A stretch of DNA of 64,000 nt. It comes from Eledone cirrhosa (Eukaryota). Below the pieces are notes generated by a model. That model was not told the DNA's origin. It did not search any database and was given only the letters and a program-made list of their open reading frames with translations. Location: positions 359,910,001 to 359,974,000 of the forward strand of contig OZ024741.1 of the NCBI GenBank assembly GCA_964016885.1, in the 5' to 3' direction. This document shows positions 53,988-64,000 of this stretch, piece by piece (the stretch's first letter is position 1; every line of letters begins with the position of its first letter). The position numbers and the translations under genes were made by a program.

Positions 53988-54146
53988 ACATTTAAATAAA
54001 TCTAAGGTAAAGGACGAATTGTCAACAATATCTTTTACAATTGCATTCTTTTTTCTATGTCCATACCTGCATTGTTTTGGCTTTATTACACATATTCAAA
54101 CGTTTATACCTCATTACACAATGCTTCAAGTGAACTATAACCTCCT

Positions 54147-54226
<80 letters not shown>

Positions 54227-54298
54227 AGGAAGTTATAGTTCACTTGAAGCATTGTGTAATGAGGTATAAACGTTTGAATATGTGTAATAAAGCCAAAT

Positions 54299-54904
<606 letters not shown>

Positions 54905-55299
54905 CTTGTAAAGACAATTAAATCTATCATGGTGGTGGGTGGGAGGTGGGGGTGGCCTAACTTGCTTGTAGAAAAATGAGGGAGTGGGTGGAGCCGGTCA
55001 AGCGTTGAAAGTGAATTCTATACAGTAAATTCTAAGGAGTGTGTAAGAAATTAGGCTAGGTAGAAAGCAGGCGAAAAAGAATTCTGGAGGAATCTGAGAG
55101 TGGGTCCTGTATTGAGTACTCTGGTGCGTTATGGTCCATCATCTGGTTCCTTACCACACTTCCCTCGTTTTATATATATATATATATATATAAATCCCGT
55201 CGAGGTTAACTTTGCTTTTCATCCTTGCGGGGTCGATAAAATAAAGTACCAGTAATGCACTAGGTAATTGCTGGCCTTGTGTCAAAAGTAGAAACAATT

Positions 55300-55431
55300 A
55301 TTAGTACAGATTAAAGTTTAAGCAAAGAATCGCTGCTTTCACCTTTTTACGGGATCTTCTGAAACTGTTTCAGAAGAACCCGTAACAGGATAAAAGCAGC
55401 GATTCTTTGCTTAAACTTTAATCTGTACTAA

Positions 55432-55432
<1 letters not shown>
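55300..55432. repeat. Head-to-head pair of A4-type HHR motifs forming a hairpin
   Basis: ttctgaaac-t-gtttcagaa centre at 55366; arms diverge in stem II. Confidence 0.75.
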
Positions 55433-55513
<81 letters not shown>

Positions 55514-55546
55514 TACATGAATCAAAGTTCTGTTCAAACCATTTAT

Positions 55547-55595
55547 TCGCTTACAATTGTTTCTTCCAAACTGAGGTTTGGAGTCTTCGGAGCAA
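55547..55595 (-). ncRNA. Minimal type-I HHR with C4 core
   Basis: ttgct CCGAAGA c-tccaaac-ctca-gtttgga-a GAAA caattg TA agcga; flanked by inverted repeat 55509-55532 / 55647-55670. Confidence 0.75.
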
Positions 55596-55832
55596 TTTTT
55601 CAATGATTGTTTACATACATGACCTCCTTTCCAACACAAGAGACATACAGAACTTTGATTCATGTAATTTCTATATAACTGCTCTGTAGAACAACTGATG
55701 TTATTACATTGAGCTATTTATCTTACTGGTAATAAGGTAGTAATAAATTACTGTCTTTCACTATTTAGGGTTTAAAATATATATAACTATAAAAGGTTTT
55801 AGTATATACATAACCATAAATAGTATCCTTAA

Positions 55833-55892
<60 letters not shown>

Positions 55893-55986
55893 GAAGTAAT
55901 TCCGTCGGAAAAGTCCAGGAAAAAAGAGTGCTCTATGTAGGTAACAGAGCTTAATAGTTATGTAATAAACAACATAAGGCAATTAT

Positions 55987-56044
55987 TCCATTTACCAGTG
56001 GTTTCTTAAAAGCAAAAGATTTTGCTTTCAATCCTCAAAATGAA
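55987..56044 (-). ncRNA. Type-I HHR motif (U3-G8 core)
   Basis: ttcatt TTGAGGA ttgaaagcaaa-atct-tttgcttttaa GAAA ccactgg TA aatgga; trailer (acatagagcactc) shared with 50795 and 39155. Confidence 0.68.
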
Positions 56045-56268
56045 AAAATCCTGGTCTGTTTATTGAATTTGGATTTAAAAAATCTCTCTCTATATATATA
56101 ACGAAGGAAATGTGGTCAGGAACCAGGTGGACCATAACGCACCAAAGTACTCAATACTTAGGGTAGTAGAGTGGGTAATAGGAACAAGTAAGACCCCGAC
56201 GGCTGAGCTCAAGCCGTTTCGACGGCTAATTTTGGACTATATATATATGGACTATATATATATATATG

Positions 56269-56325
<57 letters not shown>

Positions 56326-56413
56326 ACCAAAATTACCTACCTAGCTGTGTGTGATTACACTCTTTACAAATTATCCCCTGTGATTGTTTCATATGTTTAT
56401 TATATATATATAC

Positions 56414-56487
<74 letters not shown>

Positions 56488-56492
<5 letters not shown>

Positions 56493-58263
56493 TAACAGAT
56501 TAAAGTTTAAGCAAAGAATCGCTGCTTTCACCCTTAACGGGATCTTCTGAAACTAACAAAGTCAATCTGTAAACGCAGAACTGGATATTTCAAAAAACGT
56601 TGCAACCGGAGGAAGACAGGAAGACGATACTTTCGTTCGTGGTAACGTTCGCTGGCAAAGAACGGGAAAAAACGAATAATACGTCATTAATAGGAGTGGT
56701 GAAAAACAATTACGCGCAAAGACAAAACCACGTTTATGGTATAAAAGAGGTCGTAGACTAATGTTCTCTTAGGTGGTGCATAGAGACGTTCTCTGGCAAT
56801 GAACGAAAAAACGAAGATAATAAGTCATATGTGGAGCGTGGAGAACAATAGCACGCAAAGACAAAACCACGTAAATGGTATAGCAGAAATCGTAGACTAA
56901 AATTCTAACTAGGAGACCAAATGAATCTCCGCTACAGAGTTAAGAACAAAGTAAATAAATACAATACAGAAGTAATAGGAACAAATAAATACATACACGC
57001 AAACAGATACGTACATACACAAGCATACGCAAAACCTTACCATGGGTATACAAAACCACGCACATATAAATATGCTTGTGTACAAATAAATAAATAATTA
57101 TATAAACGTATATAAGTAAATAAATACGTATATAACAAGCGCACACGCATACCTACATATAAATACACGAATGTTCGGAGACGTAAGTCAACTAAAACAA
57201 GAAGTACACATATACACACACCCACCATACGTACGAACCTGCACACTCACGCGGACGCAAAACTCCCGTATACACATAGCCAAACCCTAAATACCAGAAT
57301 ATGTAAAAATTATACGCTATAACAGTCAAATATACGTACGAGAAGGTATACATACCTTCACAAAACATACGGGTAATATATACTTACCTATGCAAATACG
57401 TAAAGGAATAAACAAAACATATACTTAGCTCCCACATCAAGACGTAAAATATCCACGTATAGATCGTGCTATCCGTTAAGGTATAACGTGGGGCTGTAAT
57501 ACAGGAAAGTTTTGTGCAATTTATGTTTACAAGCCGAAATTGCCTCAGATTTTTTGTTTAAGATGTGGTCTGTAGCGTAGAGTATTTCCAGGGCCTCAGC
57601 GGCGCAGAGGTCACATGGTCTTTTATTTCCGTTATACGATCTAGCCCTAGCTAGGATCTCCCAGTGTAACTTATATTGGGTGTGGTTGTCTTTTAGACTC
57701 CAGATATAAGCTGAAAGTGACGTCATATTCCTTCTTAGAGGGTAACGAAAAGAATGGGTATGCATGTAAAGACGCTACTTGAAACTATTGGCGGTTAACC
57801 CTATGTAGGCCCTACGGGACGTGGGTGTTACAACCTTACATTTGTAGACAATTACAGTTAGTACTACCTACAGGGTTGCACGTGTTCCTACGGCTAGGTA
57901 GTTTAGCTAAATTTGAAGCTGTGATAAACGTGGTTTTGTCTTTGCGCGTAATTGTTTTTCACCGCTCCTATTAATGACGTATTATTCATTTTTTCCCGTT
58001 CTTTGCCAGCGAACGTAACCACGAACGAAAGTATCGTCTTCCTGTCTTCCTCCGGTTGCAACGTTTTTTGAAATATCCAGTTCTGCGTTTACAGATTGAC
58101 TTTGTTAGTTTCAGAATATCCCGTTAAGGGTGAAAGCAGCGATTCTTTGCTTAAACTTTAATCTGTTATTTTAATAAATATTTGCTCTACGGTTCTTATA
58201 TATTTGATATATATTTTCCTTATCGAGCCCTCTTTGGATTTTAGTTTTCAATTTTATTATTAT

Positions 58264-58270
<7 letters not shown>
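56488..58270 (-). mobile_element. 5'-truncated PLE with inverted pLTRs between (TA)n tracts
   Basis: GIY-YIG remnant (VYKC..YIGLTANSFK..HTHSFR..LSAYIWSLK..CDLC..E...CKH) 57469-57860; 57925-58174 is the reverse complement of 56488-56736. Confidence 0.87.
56504..56554 (-). ncRNA. Type-I HHR motif with A4 core (inverted copy 58107-58157 has CAGAATA)
   Basis: agttt CAGAAGA t-ccc-gttaa-ggg-t GAAA gca-gcgattctt-tgc TT aaact. Confidence 0.65.
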
Positions 58271-58299
<29 letters not shown>

Positions 58300-58313
<14 letters not shown>

Positions 58314-58725
58314 AAATAATGAATAAAACAATGAAACAGTTCCTTATATTAAACAAAAAAAGTTCATTATTTAACGATCGTTTCTAGGATATATATGTGT
58401 TAGAATTGGCATGCATATTCAACAGATCTATGTACAAAATTATACAAAATTATACAAACTATCAAAATTAAATATACATACCAACACATATATATGCCGT
58501 CTTCAGAAATAATTATTTCTGAAGACGGCATATATATGTGTTGGTATGTATATTTAATTTTGATAGTTTGTATAATTTTGTATAATTTTGTACATAGATC
58601 TGTTGAATATGCATGCCAATTCTAACACATATATATCCTAGAAACGATCGTTAAATAATGAACTTTTTTTGTTTAATATAAGGAACTGTTTCATTGTTTT
58701 ATTCATTATTTTTTTAATATTTTAT
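58300..58725. repeat. Spacer-less ~425-bp palindrome (centre 58512/58513) made of two HHR-bearing arms
   Basis: Arms read as reverse complements with about 1 mismatch; the right arm continues to ~58860. Confidence 0.9.
58512..58659 (+). ncRNA. Type-I HHR with ~115-nt stem II (mirror copy on minus strand)
   Basis: attattt CTGAAGA cggc-atatatatgtgtt...aacacatatatat-ccta GAAA cgatcg TT aaataat. Confidence 0.72.
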
Positions 58726-58856
58726 CTTGACTCTGTATTCCGTTTATCTTTCACCGAAAGTGATTTTTCATTGCATCTCTTCTTTCCATGATATCCGGAT
58801 TACATTGAGTTCTTCATACGGATTGGACACTACCGTAAACTCTTGGTAGATTTATC

Positions 58857-58896
<40 letters not shown>

Positions 58897-58934
58897 TATA
58901 TATGTGTGTGTGTGTGTCAATCGATTTCTAGTTG

Positions 58935-58972
<38 letters not shown>

Positions 58973-59537
58973 AGTATATTTGGCAATATGCCATATGTTT
59001 AATTAAAACATTTAGAAGACCATTCGCTATTAGTTTTAAAATAGTGACTACGTCACTTACTTATTTTCGGCGAAAACAAGGGGAGAGTGATTGACAGTCT
59101 CGCTGATTGGCGTTTATCAAAACCACACACACCGCTGCCTTCGACGAAAATTATAGAAATTGGATTCTTATAGAATTCCAGTAATAATCAGGAGCTAATT
59201 ATACATTCATGTATACATCGCTATTTCAGAGCACCAATCCTAATACCTAATTTTTGCTGAACCGGTAATCGTTCTGTATAAACAGCTCCTGATTATTACT
59301 GGAATTCTATAAGAATCCAATTTCTATAATTTTCGGCGAAGGCAGGGGAGTGTGTGGTTTTGATAAACGCCAATCAGCGAGAAACAGACTGTCAATCACT
59401 CTCCCTTTGTTTTCGCCGAAAATAAGTGACATAGTCAGTACTTTAAAACTAATAGCGAATGGTCTTCTAAACATACGATATATTGCCAAATATACTTTTC
59501 ATACATTCATATATACATCGCTATTTCAGAGCACCAT
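58973..59537. repeat. Diverged inverted-repeat pair between microsatellites, with HHR 3'-half remnants
   Basis: 58973-59196 vs 59284-59495 are reverse complements; minus-strand GAAA ta-gcga-tg TA at ~59513-59527 and ~59213-59227. Confidence 0.6.
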
Positions 59538-59572
59538 ATATATATATTGGCAACATGACCCTCCCAAAGTAT

Positions 59573-59646
<74 letters not shown>

Positions 59647-60129
59647 TTTCAATATTACAAAAAATCAAGTTTAACAACTTACGTTCATTTTTTTTTTATT
59701 TCTACGTCCGTTTCAATACGGCTAGAAATTACCATATTTATATTTGAACCAGACTGATAAAAACGATAAATATGATAATTTCGCATGTGCTGCGTATGCT
59801 TTATATATTTCTTTATATATTATTTCTCTGTGTAAAACTGTAACTCATTGTCTGCACCTACTACTGCTTCGTAAGCACATTTCCATTCCTGCAAATTTAA
59901 TAACATATTTTATTCCATCTATATGAAGAAAAATGATAACAACATTCTAAATAAATAAATAATAGATCAGTGATGCCTCATACGTAAACCTACTTACTAC
60001 CACCTATTAGATAATTTTCCACTTGTGCAATGTCACACAGCAGATACACAACTAATAACATTGTAAATAGCTATGATATAGGAATTGCAACTCAACCTAT
60101 AACTTTGCACGGTCAAAAATTCCATGTAC

Positions 60130-63100
60130 AAAATATGCTTTTAGGATTTTGTCCTCGATGTCAATGAGAACTTTGTTGAAGAATTCGTCGCTGAGTCGTA
60201 CGTCGGAACGAGCAGTTGTCCTTGGTGTATGTAGTCATCGGAAAGGTCCTCTTAGTATTTGTCCCATAAGGATGCAGGGTCGCTTAACTCACATGTCTGC
60301 AGTAGCACCGCAAAGAGTTGCCGAAGAGTTCGCGCTGAGCGTATTGTAGCTGCTTCCGCCAATGTCGCATCCCACTGAGCGCCATCTTCCAGTAGACCCC
60401 GTGTAAGGCAGGCTGCGCGGAATGAAGTACAAAGCTCTCCGTTGATTGTTTTCAGATCGTCGAAAGATGTCGGTCCTACCACCTCATGCAGTAGAAGGCG
60501 GAGATAAAAGCATTCCTGTTGGTTTGGATGAATGGTGTACACTCTCCCAAGGGTAGGGGACATTTTAATGTCTGGATGTCCCTCGACGGATTGTCCTTTC
60601 ACCCTTCTTAACCAAATTCTGTTGTCTGTGTTCCATGTGTAGTATGATGGCACCTGAGAGTAGAAGATGGTCTTGGCGAAGGGATCGTTTCGGCATAACT
60701 TAAAAAATGCCGTAAGTGTGGTGTCCTTGGGTTCCTCTGCTATCTCAGCAACGGTGGAGGCGGTGAAGTAGACTCTTTGACTGTTTTCAAGGTGCACCGC
60801 CAACTGTTTGATTGGGGGTAGTTATGGTGTATTGCCAAGTGGAAGAATCGCCAGAACGCTTCATTGCTGCTGATGTATCGGCCGACCTGGTATCGAGTTA
60901 CTTCGTCTCGGTTGTTCTCCATTGTAAGATCAAAGACGCAGCATCGGACCCATTATTGATATACTTACAGACGTACTTTATCGATTTGACGGAGTGGCAG
61001 TATTCAACGTTAATGTGGGCGTTAAACAATTTAAGCAGAAGTGGGCAGTAGGGTACAATCCACCGGTTGTCGACGTTGTGATGTGGTGTTTTCGCAACAA
61101 TTCCTCCGTCCGCTGGCTCCCTGCGGCGGTATAATGGATAACCGTCGCCACCTATCCGAGTTTCTCGGAGGAATGGCCTAGGATACCTCTTGGTGCACCT
61201 TCTTTCTTTAATGCATCAAGAATTCATGTTGAAACCGTTTCTGCATGGCCCATGAACCATGTGAGCAGTGACGATGTTGTGGAGTTCTCTGTCCAATTTT
61301 GGGTCGGGTATTTCTGCTGAAATGATGCTGTCAATGCTGCTTGCGTTGATTTTCGTTATCAGCCAAATGAGTAGGTGAGCGTGTGGCAGGTCTCTCTTTT
61401 GCCACTCAACGGTGTATACGTAGCACCTAACAGGTCCAAAGGCCTTACCTGATTTTAGGAGTTCAATAAGTTTTGTCAACTTCAAGTGAAAGACTCGTGC
61501 CGTAAGATCGTGTCTGTCTGACGCCCTTTGTCCGGGGAATAATTCCGCGGTAATTTCATTCCACTTAGGGTTGTATGTTGAAGTGATGAAGAGATCCGGT
61601 CTGCCGTAGAGACGCACGTACGTCATAGCATCCTGTGTGCGTTCACTCGTGTATCGGGGACTCCCAATGAAGGTCGACGGAAGGATACAATGTTTTCCTA
61701 GGTTCTCGGGATCGACGTCATTCCTTACTCCATCCCGTAAGTGAATGTAGCTGTCCGAACCAAGGCGTGCTTGATTGTTCCTTATGTAGCACAGCCTTTC
61801 AGATTCCATCTTTGCGCACGCGTCTACAGCAAGCTGGTTGAAGAGTACTCTTGCACGGTGGAGTTGGTTAAAGCAGCATTCGCGGACCATGAATCGGTAG
61901 GTGTAGAATTGCATAGAGGAAACAGTTTTGTTGCTGTTGCACAAAGGAATTCCAAAGTGGTATCCGTCGTGACCGAATGGGAAAAGTAGGGGATATTGGA
62001 ATACGTCGTAGGACCTATGCGTCTCGCTGATCCGTTGCAGACTATTGTCCCTACACTGAAGTATGATGTCCCGCTTGTTGTACTGTTCTCCATGAAGAAG
62101 CACAGCTATTTCATTGCACGTGGGAGTGTTAAAACGTCTGGCGTGGGTGCCTGGTGGTTTCCTGTCAGCGTCGATTATAACAGCAAAATTTGGCACCGGA
62201 GCGGCCTCCAATGCGCATTTAAAACTGCGAATGTAGTTGTTGTTTTCGTGCAGCATTCTCTGGAGTTGCAACAGAATGTTCATGTCTGTGCCAGGCGAAA
62301 TTGAAGCGCGTCGTTCCGCTTGATCCAAATAGTCAGTGACAAAGTATAGCTGTAGGAACTGGGGTTGTCCGTCTGTCGTGGGCAGTAGCGAAACGATTCT
62401 ATGGTAAATTTGTCCTCGAACTTTAAAGGTAGGCATGAAGCCGTCCTCCCGTATGATGTTAGCTCCGAAAGAGGTCATTTGGGAGGCAGCGTTGTATCTC
62501 CTAGAACATCGAAGGAAGTGTTCCAACTCCGCTGTGGCACCGGTCAGTAGAGACTTCAAAGGTTCTGGTGGTTCCTGTAGAGGATGCAGTTTCACTTTGC
62601 CGTGAGAGCAGCACATCCCTGAAGTCTCACAAGGCCATTTTTTTTGCCCGACAATATTGGCAAATGACAGACATGGATCCAATCTGAACTTCTGGCATCA
62701 GTGCATAGTTTACTGTTGGGTCATAGTGGAAAGCCTTATGAGACCACTGAGTGCAACTGATCCTCTGTGTACCTTGTTTAGCACTCCTGCGGAGTGCGTT
62801 TGGCCTTTGTAATTGAATTTGCGCAGTCTCTGATGCGCGAACAGAAGCTGTTGAAGCGGCGTCCGTAAGTTGACGCCTGGAACGCTGCCCTTCGTCCTCG
62901 GCAGCACGTGACGCAGCAGTTGAGGCGGCATCTCTTCGTCGTCGACTGTAACGGCGTTCTTCGTCCTCACCGTCACGTGCCGCAGCGGTGGAGGCCGAAT
63001 TTTTGCTTCGTCGTCGAGAATGTTGTTCATCAGTTTGCGCTGCACGTGCAAATGCATTTCCGGAAAGGCGGATGCCCCTCTTTTTTCTGTCTCGGTTGCC

Positions 63101-63237
63101 CGGGTAATTGCATTTCGAGTTGCATTTTGTGACAACCGAGTCAATTTTTCTACGGACAACTCTGTAGCTCTTCTTCGTTTGGCAGCAGAAGCAGCTTTAG
63201 GTTGGCGACTAAGTCGTGGTCATTTTTTGGGTGGCAT
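60130..63237 (-). mobile_element. Helitron RepHel gene remnant (N-terminus + Rep; helicase missing), frameshifted
   Basis: MPPKK*PRLSRQ start at 63237; CCSHGKV, QMTSFG, FKVRGQIYH, LPSTFIGSPRY, YGRPDLFITST, HUH motif VEWQKRDLPHAHLL, KYVCKYIN, GRYISSNEA, ECFYLRLLL, GPTSFDDL. Confidence 0.92.
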
Positions 63238-64000
63238 GACCGTAGATTCAAAGAATGTGTTTGGTAGCGAAAATTTTCAAATGAACTTTGAATAAGTTTA
63301 AAGTGAGTACTATATTGTAGCAGGACCGAACACGTAAATATTTATGCAGGTAGTGGAGCATGAAAGGGGGAGTAGCCAAAACTTTCAATTGAACGGTGAG
63401 TAACTGGAAAGTGAGTACTAAGTAAGATCTATGAAGAATGCACGTCAAATAATAGGTCAAACCTGTAAGCCAAGCCTGTCTGAGTTATAGCACAAAAGAG
63501 TGTAAACAGGGCCTTATTTTGGAGCACACTGGAAAATAAATCATCGAAATCGGACGTTCGTTAAAAAAGTTTTCTCATTAATTTTTTGTCTCATATTGAG
63601 AAAAACAAAGAAAGAAAAATTACAAAAAGGACAACAATAAAATATGTCTTTGTTGAGATTCAAGTAAATGAATGCTCGTTATTGTTACGTTTGTTGTTTT
63701 ATAAATTCATCTGTTGCTTTTGAATATTTGTTATGTGATGTAAAATGTAACGTTGAGAGAGCAGTATGTATTTAGTGTTATCGGCTTTTAAAATTTTGAT
63801 ATTTGATGTGTGACGAACGAAGAGGGTGGTGAATGATCTATTATAGAGAGAGAAGATTTGTCGTTGTTCTAAACTGTAATGGAGACGGAGGCAGTAACAT
63901 TTTAAAGAGAGTTTCAGAGGGGATTGAGGGTAGTGAGAGGAATGAAGCGTGTAAGAGAGAGGGTTATCAAAGTTTGTGTCGCCTTCCTTCAGAGACGGAG

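Noticed and set aside
59683-59753. Possible minus-strand exon (tttttatcAG ... GTAAGT), with another donor near 59993
   Set aside because: Stops in all three frames; could be a UTR exon but cannot be supported without RNA data.

Overview
AT-rich, repeat-dominated animal genomic DNA. The SINE/RTE/microsatellite make-up suggests a mollusc, probably an octopus (inference only). The only host-gene sequence I can support is one large minus-strand exon encoding an ankyrin-repeat protein (6399-7539). The left half (1-33 kb) holds decayed LINEs (a CR1, several PHD-finger RTEs, a CRE-like endonuclease relic), tRNA-derived and RTE-tailed SINEs, TTAA MITEs and a small non-autonomous Helitron. The right half (33-60 kb) is a (TA)n-rich zone with four GIY-YIG Penelope-like element (PLE) ORFs or remnants, plus many short pLTR/retrozyme-like units. 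By eye these units carry about 20 type-I hammerhead ribozyme (HHR) motifs from about 10 unrelated sequence families. Several have non-canonical cores (U3-A8, C4, A4), very long stems II, tandem 363-457 bp monomers, and inverted arrangements that fold back at the ribozyme. A truncated Helitron Rep gene closes the window. All calls are from manual reading; coordinates of decayed repeats are approximate, and ribozyme activity is predicted, not shown.
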